DNA of 44,521 bases from a virus. Taxonomy: Duplodnaviria > Caudoviricetes. Under the pieces are notes generated by a model, which made no database searches, was not told where the DNA came from, and worked only from the letters and a program-made list of their open reading frames with translations. Of the stretch, positions 34,860-43,476 are shown piece by piece. Both the position numbers and the translations under genes were made by a program. Within the stretch, counting starts at the first letter, position 1, and each line of letters starts with the position of its first letter. The stretch is taken from positions 1 to 44,521 of IMG/VR virus record IMGVR_UViG_3300038379_000430. The stretch is one strand, 5' to 3'.

Positions 34860-36777
34860 CCAGCTTGTTCCCAGCCAAGTCGAGCAGCTGATCGTCGAGC
34901 GGCCCAACTTCGGCCTCTACCTGGACCGCGACGAGCTGTCGATGGACCCGCGTGCGCTTTCTTCGTGCAAAAACGTGCGTATCCGAGACGGCGCGCTCCT
35001 CAACGATCTGCTCGGCTGGGAGCCGTTCACGACTTCGTCGGCCGGAGCTCGGATCACGTTCGTGGACGAGTTCTTCGATCGGTCTGGTTCTCGCGCCCTG
35101 CTGGTCGGCACGGACAAGGATCTGCTCGAGTACGACGTTGGAGCCGCGGCACTTCGCTATCTGACCCCGCGCTACAACGCCGGCACGGTGTCGGTCGCTG
35201 GATCGACCGTGACCGGCGTTGGCACGCTCTGGGCGACCGCCGACCCGCACCGCGCCGGTGAGCTGGCTGTTCAAGCCGGCGACGAGATCGCGTTCTTCGC
35301 CACGAACATTCGGGACGTGGCACCGGTCGCGACCTGGTATCCGATCGTCGGCGTGGCGAGCGACACATCGCTCACGATCACCGGAACGCCGGTGGTCGGC
35401 GCAGGCTCCTCCTACACGATCCGACAGCGCTTCGCCGGTTCCTCCGGCAAGCCCTGGTGGGCCTCGATGTTCCTGTCCGCGCAGGGGGCCCTGCGCGACA
35501 CCCGATCCGGCGGTGTGCATGCGGCAGGTGACGACCTGATCTACGCCACGAACGGCGCAGCGATCGTGAGCTTGAAGATCGGGCAGACGGACGTCGCCCG
35601 GTTGGATGGAGACTTCGGCCTCAAGGCCGGCATGCTCGTGGTCCACAAGAACACGCTCATCCTGGGAAACATCGTGCCGGGCGGATCCCTGCGTCCCTCG
35701 AGCGTGCGCTCCTCGAAGATCGCCGAGCCAGAGACAGTGACGGGGACTGGATCGGCCGAGCTGGCGTTGACGGATGCCGCCCATGAGCTGCTGAGGCTGG
35801 AGCCGCTCGGTGACGTGCTGCTGGCCTATCTGCGCGGGTTCGATCACCAGTCCGGCGCGATCGTGATGCTCCAGCAGGTCGAGGCTCCGATCGTCTGGGC
35901 GCTGCGCACGGCGGCGCCGGAAGTGGCCGTGCTCGCCGGTCGTGCGGTCGCGAACCTCGGCAACGCCCACGAGTTTTTCGCCGCGGATGGCGCCTACGCC
36001 TTCGACGGCGTGCAGCTGCTCACACATGCGACGCACGTGCTCGCGCCGCTCTCTCGCACGGTGGATGGCGGCAGACTGGATCAGGCGATCGTCGTGCGCG
36101 ACTACGAGCACGGCGAGGTGAACTGGATTCTGCCGCTGACGAGCGACCCCGCTGGTGTGCCCGCGGATGCCTGGATCGAGCACTATCGGGAGCCGCGCGG
36201 GCGCGGTCAGGCCGTTCCGTTCGGTCACCGCGAGCTACCGGCCACCGCCGTTGGGTACTTCTCGCAAGCCGTTGGCACGGGGCTGCGCTTCTCCGATCTG
36301 GCAACCGTTCCGGACGACTGGTTCAAGAACACGGATCTGCGGTGGAACACCCGGCCTGGTGGCCAGGGCTTCCCGACCTTGATCTTCGGGACCGACAGCG
36401 GAGCTCTGATGCGGCTCGGTACGTCCAGCGATCAGAACGGCACTCCCTATGTATCGCGGGCGACCTTCCCGCTCGCGTTGGTCGTCCCGCGCGGCGGCGG
36501 TGCGCTGCGCGGCTACGTGCAGCGCGTCATGCCGCATCTGCGACACGCGGTAGGATCGCCTGGTCTCGTGAAGGTCGCGGTGCGCGTGGCGCAAGATCGC
36601 GGCCGCACTGCGGTCGTGGCCAAGCAGCTCGAGCATCCGCTCGACGGCAGCAAGCGGTACGTTCCGGTTGGCAAGCTCGCCCGACTGGCGGGCGTCGAGT
36701 ACGAGGCGAGCGGGCCGAGCAACGTGTTCACACTGGATGGGTTCTCGGTGGAGGTTGCGCGTGCCGGTCGCAGATGA
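34852..36777 (+). CDS. Tail nozzle/stabilisation protein (beta-propeller)
   Basis: PNFGL..NVRIRDG N-terminus; inserted GTVSVAGSTVTGVGTLW domain; position after the adaptor. Confidence 0.78.
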   Translation: MVSQLVPSQVEQLIVERPNFGLYLDRDELSMDPRALSSCKNVRIRDGALLNDLLGWEPFTTSSAGARITFVDEFFDRSGSRALLVGTDKDLLEYDVGAAALRYLTPRYNAGTVSVAGSTVTGVGTLWATADPHRAGELAVQAGDEIAFFATNIRDVAPVATWYPIVGVASDTSLTITGTPVVGAGSSYTIRQRFAGSSGKPWWASMFLSAQGALRDTRSGGVHAAGDDLIYATNGAAIVSLKIGQTDVARLDGDFGLKAGMLVVHKNTLILGNIVPGGSLRPSSVRSSKIAEPETVTGTGSAELALTDAAHELLRLEPLGDVLLAYLRGFDHQSGAIVMLQQVEAPIVWALRTAAPEVAVLAGRAVANLGNAHEFFAADGAYAFDGVQLLTHATHVLAPLSRTVDGGRLDQAIVVRDYEHGEVNWILPLTSDPAGVPADAWIEHYREPRGRGQAVPFGHRELPATAVGYFSQAVGTGLRFSDLATVPDDWFKNTDLRWNTRPGGQGFPTLIFGTDSGALMRLGTSSDQNGTPYVSRATFPLALVVPRGGGALRGYVQRVMPHLRHAVGSPGLVKVAVRVAQDRGRTAVVAKQLEHPLDGSKRYVPVGKLARLAGVEYEASGPSNVFTLDGFSVEVARAGRR

Positions 36778-36787
36778 GCGAATCGCG

Positions 36788-36943
36788 ATGACGGCCGAGG
36801 CGAAGGCTCGTCTCGAGGACTTCTTGCGGGCGCGCAACGATTGGCGCGCGCGGTGTGCGCTGTGCGGCGTGGATCTTCTCGGGAGCCTCGCGGAGATCTC
36901 CGAGCACGCCGCAGGCCATCGGGAGAGCCATGCCGGCTCGTAA
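36788..36943 (+). CDS. Small C2H2-like Zn-finger protein
   Basis: CALC..H...H. Confidence 0.5.
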   Translation: MTAEAKARLEDFLRARNDWRARCALCGVDLLGSLAEISEHAAGHRESHAGS

Positions 36944-37205
36944 CCTGCCGACGATCCCGCTGCCGACCGACATCGGTCCGCCCCCGCATAGCCCGTTCTT
37001 GCGCATCTTGCTGTTCGCCGTGCGGCGACTGATCGACGGGCTCGTCCAGCGACTCGACAGCGGCCCGTTCCATCTCGCGTCCTACACCGTCGCCACGCTG
37101 CCGCCTGCGGCCAACTTCGCGGGAGCCTTGGTCTATGTCTCAGACGGTGGAGTCGGCCAGATGCTCCGCTATAGCGACGGGACCAACTGGATCAGTGCGG
37201 GGTAG
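36930..37205 (+). CDS. Small tail (needle/fibre-like) protein
   Basis: YTVATLP.A..AGALVYVSDG..YSDGTNW module; RBS GGGAG. Confidence 0.7.
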   Translation: MPARNLPTIPLPTDIGPPPHSPFLRILLFAVRRLIDGLVQRLDSGPFHLASYTVATLPPAANFAGALVYVSDGGVGQMLRYSDGTNWISAG

Positions 37206-37208
37206 GGT

Positions 37209-37856
37209 ATGATGCGAGCAGTCATCGTCACCAACCCGGACGTGTTCGACGCCCAGCCCTTCGTCGATCTGTTCCGGGAGTCCTTCGCCAACCCGAGGCA
37301 CAGCGACGCCGACGAAGCCCGGGCCTGGTGTCGCCGCTTCTGCGAGAACGAGTACGTCGCCGTGCTGGTGGCCCTGGAGGACGGCGAGTTCCACGGCCTC
37401 GCGGTCTGCGAACGGCCGATCGACGGAGAGGGCGGAGCAGCCTTCGCGGTTGATCCATGGCTCGGACACGTCTGGAGCCGGCGCCCGGACGCGCTCGCCG
37501 CCATGAAGTCGGTCCTGCTCGACTGGCTGGCGAAGCATGATCACGACGGCTTCCGGGTTATAAACCTGACCGGCCACGCAGAAGCGGCCTACAAGCGCTG
37601 GCTCGAGCAGTGGTTCGACGTGCAAGAGGTGGGTATGGTCTACGCCTGCAAGACGCGATCCCAGGGGGGTAGCGATGTCGGCGGGCGGGGGATTCGGCGG
37701 GTCCCACAGCACGAGCAAGAGCCGCAGCCGGACGAAGGACATCACGCCGGAGGAGTTTCGTCCGCTCCGGCAACCCTTCGCCGACGCCTTGTCCGAGTTC
37801 TTGGCTGGCCGTGGCGGCGAGTACGGCGGCGAGCTCGCCGCCCCGATCAGCGCTGA
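37209..37856 (+). CDS. GNAT-fold-like virion assembly protein
   Basis: VLVALEDGEFHGLAV..WLGHVW; sits before the ejection genes, as in many podoviruses. Confidence 0.5.
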   Translation: MMRAVIVTNPDVFDAQPFVDLFRESFANPRHSDADEARAWCRRFCENEYVAVLVALEDGEFHGLAVCERPIDGEGGAAFAVDPWLGHVWSRRPDALAAMKSVLLDWLAKHDHDGFRVINLTGHAEAAYKRWLEQWFDVQEVGMVYACKTRSQGGSDVGGRGIRRVPQHEQEPQPDEGHHAGGVSSAPATLRRRLVRVLGWPWRRVRRRARRPDQR

Positions 37857-38445
37857 CGAGCTGGCGAGCATCGCCAGGCTGGGCGCGGCGGACGAGTCCT
37901 TCAACGCCGCCTTTTTGCCGCAACTCGAGGCGACGGCGCGCGGTGACTACCTGACCGCGCTCCCGAGCAACCCGTTCCTCGGCGGCGCGATCGACTTCAT
38001 CCGCCGGAGCGTCAACGATGCCTTCGACGTCGAGTCGGCCAAGCAGCGGGCGCTCTTCAGCCGCGCCGGGCACTCGATCCAGGAGTCCAGCCCCTTCAGC
38101 GACGCCGCCAGCCGGCTCGAAATCGACCGCCAGGATCGGCTGGCGAGCCAGATTTCCGGTGCTGTGCTGCCGCTCTACGAGTCGGAGCGGGCCCGCCAGG
38201 CCGATGCCGCGAACCAGGCCCGCACGGTCCTCGAGAACAGCCGCAGCGTGCTGGAGGCCCGCGCCCTCCCGCGGCTAATTGCCGATCTCGGGATCGAGCG
38301 TGGGCAGGCGCTCTTCAGCGAGCGCCTGAATCGACTGCTGGCCCTCTTCCAGACCCTCGGGGACGTGACCTTCCGGACCGGCCAGAATGCCCGCTCGAGT
38401 TCGACCAGCTTCGGCAGCCAGATGAGCGGGAACGTGGGCCTGTAG
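37675..38445 (+). CDS. Putative DNA ejection/internal virion protein 1
   Basis: Gly/Ser-rich ends, NPFL motif, helical Gln/Ala-rich core. Confidence 0.65.
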   Translation: MSAGGGFGGSHSTSKSRSRTKDITPEEFRPLRQPFADALSEFLAGRGGEYGGELAAPISADELASIARLGAADESFNAAFLPQLEATARGDYLTALPSNPFLGGAIDFIRRSVNDAFDVESAKQRALFSRAGHSIQESSPFSDAASRLEIDRQDRLASQISGAVLPLYESERARQADAANQARTVLENSRSVLEARALPRLIADLGIERGQALFSERLNRLLALFQTLGDVTFRTGQNARSSSTSFGSQMSGNVGL

Positions 38446-38451
38446 GGGAGA

Positions 38452-38844
38452 GTGTTCCACGTGGCACAGTACCTGGCGATGCTCGGAGGTGGGGCCTCCG
38501 CCGCAGGCGGCGCCGGCGCTCTCGCCAGCCTGATGGGTGGCGGTGGCGGCGGTGGAGGGGACCCGGGCCTCGGGAACGTCGGGATGTCGGCGCTCGCCGG
38601 CCCCACGTTCGTGGACCTGACGCAGATGGCGAATCCGTTTCTGGCCGCGGCAGGACGGCAGGGCGGCGGCGGTGGAGCCGGCTTCGCCTCACTCGCCACG
38701 AGCCGCATGCGCCCCAGTAGTCAGGCCATGCTGGCGGTGCTGCTGGATCGCTTCCGGAACCGGGCGGCGGCTGGCCGAGTCGGCGCCGGCGCTCCGACCG
38801 CGCTCCCGGCAGTCGGCACCCATCCCTTCTCCGGGCTGGCCTAG
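38452..38844 (+). CDS. Gly/Ala-rich putative internal virion protein
   Basis: RBS GGGGAG; composition and position. Confidence 0.55.
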   Translation: MFHVAQYLAMLGGGASAAGGAGALASLMGGGGGGGGDPGLGNVGMSALAGPTFVDLTQMANPFLAAAGRQGGGGGAGFASLATSRMRPSSQAMLAVLLDRFRNRAAAGRVGAGAPTALPAVGTHPFSGLA

Positions 38845-38856
38845 GAGGCGCGATCG

Positions 38857-40404
38857 TTGGCCGGAAACCCCTTCGCCTACGCATCCGGTGACGCGCTGCG
38901 CCAGCAGGCGCTCCTGGAGCGCGAGCGCCTGGCCGGACGCGACCTTGGCGACCTCCCCAAGCTCTCGCCCTTCAAGTCCGTCCTGAACGCCCTGGTGGCG
39001 CGCAAGACGGGCCTCACGCCGTTCGAGACGCCGCCTCTGCCGCAGCTCAACATGACCGAGCTGATGGCGGAGAACCCCGAGCTCCAAGCGCAGCTCGAAT
39101 CGATGGATCCGGCCCAGAGATTCCTGCTGTTCGCCGAGCGGCCCGAGCAGCTGGCGGCCCTCATGGCGGCCCCGGAAGGCGTGTTCGAGCGGATCTTCCC
39201 GCGCTTCGGCGGGATCACGACGCCGAGCCTCGTGAGCGAGCTCGAGCTCCAACAGGCGCGAGTCCGCGGAGGGGCGGGGCTGCCCCCAGGCGGACTCCAG
39301 GCGGCCGAGGAGCGCAACGCGCTCGACATCATCACGGACGAGACCAACCGCGCTCTGCTCGAGGCCGGCTACGCAGGTTCGCGCGGCGTCTTGCCGCCCG
39401 AGGTGGCTCAGGCCCGGGCTCAGCAGGTGTTCGGCACCGCGCAGGCCGAGGCCGAGGCCGCTGCGCTCCAGCCGGAGCAGGCCGCCGCCACGCTGGCTGG
39501 CACGCGCGCCACGACGCGCAAGACGGCCGCGGATGCGGCGGCCGCCGAGCGCGGGGATCTACTCGTGTTCGTGGACCCCAGCACGAACCAGGCGATCGCC
39601 TCTGTCTACGAGACCGATCCGCGCGCCGAGCAGCTGCGGGCCCAGGGAGCCATTCCGTTCGTCCGAGGTTCCTTGAGCGTCCAGGGCACCACGACCGCCG
39701 GCGCGACTGGTTCGCCCGGCAAGGCGGAGGTCGCCAAGGCTGGCGAGCAGGCTCGCGCGAACGTGGCGATCGAGCAGCGCGTGCAAGACATCCTAGGCCG
39801 CGTCGCCGCGGCGCCTGGTCGTGCCTTCGGTCCGCTGGGCGATCTGGCGCGGGAGAACCGCGGCATCGCGCTCTTCGACTCCGCGAGCCCGGCTTTCGCG
39901 GACGCCGTGAACGTGCTCGTCACCGGGATGCCGCAAGGCGAGTTCAGTCAACTGAAAGCCGATGTGGATCTGCTCACCACGCAGCTCGTGCCGCCGATCA
40001 CCCAAGAGACGAGCCGTTACTCGGACAGCGAGCGCAAGATGGTGGGCGAGATCGGCGGCGCCACCTCCGGGACCTCGAAGTCCGCCTACATGGGGAAGCT
40101 CAAGGCGCTGCGCGACCTGATCCTCCTCAACAGCGACAAGCATGCGATGATCGCCGGAACGCAGGCGCCGGAGTACGGAGACCTCTTCGGCAAGCCTGCC
40201 GCCGGGAGCAAGCTCACGCCGGCCGGCCAAGCGCTGATGCAGAAGCTGATCGGCATGGGCTACACGCCGCAGGAGTCTGCTCGCATGTACCGGCGGATTG
40301 CTGCGCAACGTCGCGAGCTGGCGGTGCGCGGTGCCAGGGCACTCGATGGCACGCTCGACGAGCTGCTCGGGCAGGACGAACCGCAGCCCGCGAAGGAGCG
40401 CTAG
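38857..40404 (+). CDS. Putative DNA ejection protein 2
   Basis: RBS AGGAGG, TTG start; helical; RYSDSERKM motif. Confidence 0.65.
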   Translation: MAGNPFAYASGDALRQQALLERERLAGRDLGDLPKLSPFKSVLNALVARKTGLTPFETPPLPQLNMTELMAENPELQAQLESMDPAQRFLLFAERPEQLAALMAAPEGVFERIFPRFGGITTPSLVSELELQQARVRGGAGLPPGGLQAAEERNALDIITDETNRALLEAGYAGSRGVLPPEVAQARAQQVFGTAQAEAEAAALQPEQAAATLAGTRATTRKTAADAAAAERGDLLVFVDPSTNQAIASVYETDPRAEQLRAQGAIPFVRGSLSVQGTTTAGATGSPGKAEVAKAGEQARANVAIEQRVQDILGRVAAAPGRAFGPLGDLARENRGIALFDSASPAFADAVNVLVTGMPQGEFSQLKADVDLLTTQLVPPITQETSRYSDSERKMVGEIGGATSGTSKSAYMGKLKALRDLILLNSDKHAMIAGTQAPEYGDLFGKPAAGSKLTPAGQALMQKLIGMGYTPQESARMYRRIAAQRRELAVRGARALDGTLDELLGQDEPQPAKER

Positions 40405-42957
40405 GTGGCGAGCCCGCAGCGCTACGCAGTGCGGCCGGAGAAGATCGAAGCGTACTCGCAGGACCCCACCGGACTGACCGACGAGGATCTGGCCAGCGAG
40501 GCGGGCTCCGTCCTCTACGACGTGCCGCTCTCTGATTCCGATCTGGTCGCAGAGGCAGAGCGACTGGTGCCTTCGCATATCGAGCAGCTCCAGGTGTCCA
40601 TCGGGCCCGGCGCTGACGTGCGTCCGGTGGAAGGGCTGCTCGAGACGACGGCGAGCACGGCGACGCGCTACCTGGGTGGCACCTTCGCCGATACACCCGA
40701 GGGTCGCGCGAAGGTGATGGACTTTCTCGCTGGCTCGATCGTGCCCGGGACGCGCGTGTTCATGGATCCAACGACCAACCAGCCGGTCTTGCAGTTGCGC
40801 GATGGATCCTATCGACCGCTCGAGATTCCTGGCTTTCGTCACGGCGCAGCGGAAATGGCTGGCGACACCGCGGAGCTGTTCGGAAGCGGTGCTCCTGCGG
40901 AAGCAGGCGCCGCCACCGGATCCCTGCTCGCGCGAGCTACGCTCGGCCCTGGCGCTGGCATCGTCGGCGTGGTGGGCGGAGCGATCACCTTCGAGGGGGT
41001 CCGCCAAGCACTCCAGGCGATCACGGGAATCGAACAGCAGTCGCTCGACGAAATGATCTCCATCGTGGGATCCGAAGGTCTCGGGCAGATGCTTCCGATC
41101 CTGGTGCCCCGCGTCGCTCGCCAGGTGTTCGGGCTCGGCGGTGGCAAGCTATCAGACGACGCGAAGGCGGCGCTCGCGGCCGAGGAGCGCCTGCGCAAGG
41201 GCGGTTTCGAGTACGGCCTGACGCCGGGCGAGCTCACGACGGGCGCCTTCGGTCGACTGGCGCGCCAGGTGAACATCCTCTCGTCGCGCGCGCAAGCCTA
41301 CTTCGGGAACCGGTCCGTTCGTCTCACGGCGATGCTCCGCGATCTTCCCGATCAGCAAGCACGCGGCAGGCTTCGCGAGTTCGTCGCCCGCGACTTCTCC
41401 AACGAGCTTGCGCTCGAGCAGCGCGCGATCCTGGACGCGGCGCGAGTGAACGTCCTGCACCCGGAAGCCTATGACGCGATTCGCAAGACCTGGCAGGACA
41501 TGATGATCAACCACCGACGCGGCACGCAGGCGGCTGTCAGCGCTGCCTACCGGGACGCAGATGATCTGATGGCGTCGGCGGGCTTGCGGGAAAACTACTT
41601 CTTCCAGGGGTCACGCGGTGATGAAATCTTCGACGAGATCGCCACGATCCGCGCCTCTCGCCGGCCGCCCCGAACCGGTCCGCTCGCCGACGTGATCGCC
41701 GACATGACCAAGGAAGTCCGGCGCGGCGAGGCGCAGGGCGTGCGCGGTATGGCGGAGACGATGCGCCGGGCGCAGAACCCACTGACCGGCGAGGTGATGG
41801 AAGGGCCGTACACGGTGCGCGCGAAGCTCCAGGACTTCGCCGAGGAGCTCTACGACGTCAGCGCGAACGAGTCTCTGCCCGGCCTCGAGCGGAGCCAGGC
41901 GCGCTCCCTGCGCCGCCGCGTGCTCGCTGCGCTCGAAGAGCCGATGCTGGAGCCGATCCCTGGTCAGCCCGGCAACGTGATGCTTGCGCAGGAGGCGATC
42001 GCCCAGCACGAAACTGCGCGTCGGATGGCCCGTGAACGCTTCAACAGCCTCGAGCAGTTGGACGGTCTGGGGATCACTGCGACCAATCCGCGCCCGATCG
42101 GCATGCTCGAGGGGGTCGTGAAGGCCGAGAAGCCCGATGAAGTGTTGGCGCTCGCGCGCGTGCATGGCGGCATCGAGTTGGCGCGGGACGTGTTCTTCTC
42201 CGAGCTGATCCGCAAGCCGGAGCAGATGGGCCGTCAGATCCTCGACACGCGGCCGGAGATCCTGCTCACGATCCTGGGCGGCGACCGCGCTGCCTTCTCG
42301 CGCGTCCGATCCGCAGCCTCGGAGATCGAATCACTCACTGCCAGCGGAGCCTGGGATGCCCTACGCAAGCACTCCCGAGATGTGGGGCTCGCTCGCTCCA
42401 TGTTGTTCCAGGAGAGCTCGGCAGCGCGGGATGCTGTCTTGCACCAGGTCCAGCGAAGTGGCGGGCTCGATTCTCCGCTGGGCCGCGCAACCGAAGCCGG
42501 CGTGGTCGCCGAGCTGATGCATCGAAGCCTCGACGATGCGAAGGCCGGAGTCGACCTCAAGCCGGAGGTGTTCCATCGCCACCTGCGCGAGCTCGAGCGC
42601 GAAGGCGTGCTGGACTTCGTGCGCCCCCAGGTCCGCGAGACGCTGCGCAGCGCGTCGACGCTCGCGACCTTCGTGAACCTCGCCCGTCCGGACAGCGGTA
42701 GCTCGCTGGAAGCTGCCTCGACCGTGGCCAGACTTCGCACGGGCCGGTTCCTGGATGCGCTCGGCGAGCTCGGCTTGGCCGAGGGCTTGGCGCTCGTCCT
42801 CTCGAATCCGAAGGCGACCGCCATCTTCGCGGCAGTCGATCGCGCTGGCGATCCCGGTGTGGTGTTCGACCTGCTCGCCGGAATGGCCGGCGCCCTGGCG
42901 GCGCGTGCAACCCGAGATTCCGAAGGGTCCGGACCCGAGCCGGCCGGAGTCGAATAG
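40405..42957 (+). CDS. Putative large DNA ejection protein 3
   Basis: 850 aa, helical, Gly-rich hydrophobic segment GAGIVGVVGGA. Confidence 0.65.
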   Translation: MASPQRYAVRPEKIEAYSQDPTGLTDEDLASEAGSVLYDVPLSDSDLVAEAERLVPSHIEQLQVSIGPGADVRPVEGLLETTASTATRYLGGTFADTPEGRAKVMDFLAGSIVPGTRVFMDPTTNQPVLQLRDGSYRPLEIPGFRHGAAEMAGDTAELFGSGAPAEAGAATGSLLARATLGPGAGIVGVVGGAITFEGVRQALQAITGIEQQSLDEMISIVGSEGLGQMLPILVPRVARQVFGLGGGKLSDDAKAALAAEERLRKGGFEYGLTPGELTTGAFGRLARQVNILSSRAQAYFGNRSVRLTAMLRDLPDQQARGRLREFVARDFSNELALEQRAILDAARVNVLHPEAYDAIRKTWQDMMINHRRGTQAAVSAAYRDADDLMASAGLRENYFFQGSRGDEIFDEIATIRASRRPPRTGPLADVIADMTKEVRRGEAQGVRGMAETMRRAQNPLTGEVMEGPYTVRAKLQDFAEELYDVSANESLPGLERSQARSLRRRVLAALEEPMLEPIPGQPGNVMLAQEAIAQHETARRMARERFNSLEQLDGLGITATNPRPIGMLEGVVKAEKPDEVLALARVHGGIELARDVFFSELIRKPEQMGRQILDTRPEILLTILGGDRAAFSRVRSAASEIESLTASGAWDALRKHSRDVGLARSMLFQESSAARDAVLHQVQRSGGLDSPLGRATEAGVVAELMHRSLDDAKAGVDLKPEVFHRHLRELEREGVLDFVRPQVRETLRSASTLATFVNLARPDSGSSLEAASTVARLRTGRFLDALGELGLAEGLALVLSNPKATAIFAAVDRAGDPGVVFDLLAGMAGALAARATRDSEGSGPEPAGVE

Positions 42958-42966
42958 GAGGGCGAG

Positions 42967-43476
42967 ATGCGCAAGATGCTCACATTGGTCGCGCTGGCGG
43001 TGCTCCTGGCTTCGCCGGCCGTGGCCTCGAATGGATGGTACGAGGGGACCGGCACGAGCGATCCGATCGCCACGCTTCAGCCGCGTGGCGGGTCGCGGAC
43101 GAACGCCGCCTACTTCCACATCGACTCGACGGCCACCGTCGGCTCGTTCTCCAAGGCGCTCTCCGCTCCGCTGGCGTCCCAAGTCGAGGTGCTTCTCATT
43201 CCCGATCACAACCAGGTCGCGAGCTCATCGACGTGCGAGGTTCGTATCTGGGCGACCGCGGCGGCTGGTGGAACGCAGATCACCACCGCCAGTGGCCTGC
43301 CCCAGCTATCAGCCGATACGGATGGCGACGGAGTACAGAACGACGAGACGCTCGACGGAATGACCGAGAATCGGCGCGGACTCGCCTTCGTGGGCGTCCC
43401 TGGCATCACCGTCGAGATTGTCGCGCTACCGGGTGCAGGCGAACAATGCCTCCTCTTCGTTCGGGGGTCCTTCTGA
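42967..43476 (+). CDS. 169-aa secreted beta-rich protein
   Basis: RBS AGGAGG; MRKMLTLVALAVLLASPAVA|SN signal peptide; DTDGDG motif; 2 Cys. Confidence 0.8.
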   Translation: MRKMLTLVALAVLLASPAVASNGWYEGTGTSDPIATLQPRGGSRTNAAYFHIDSTATVGSFSKALSAPLASQVEVLLIPDHNQVASSSTCEVRIWATAAAGGTQITTASGLPQLSADTDGDGVQNDETLDGMTENRRGLAFVGVPGITVEIVALPGAGEQCLLFVRGSF

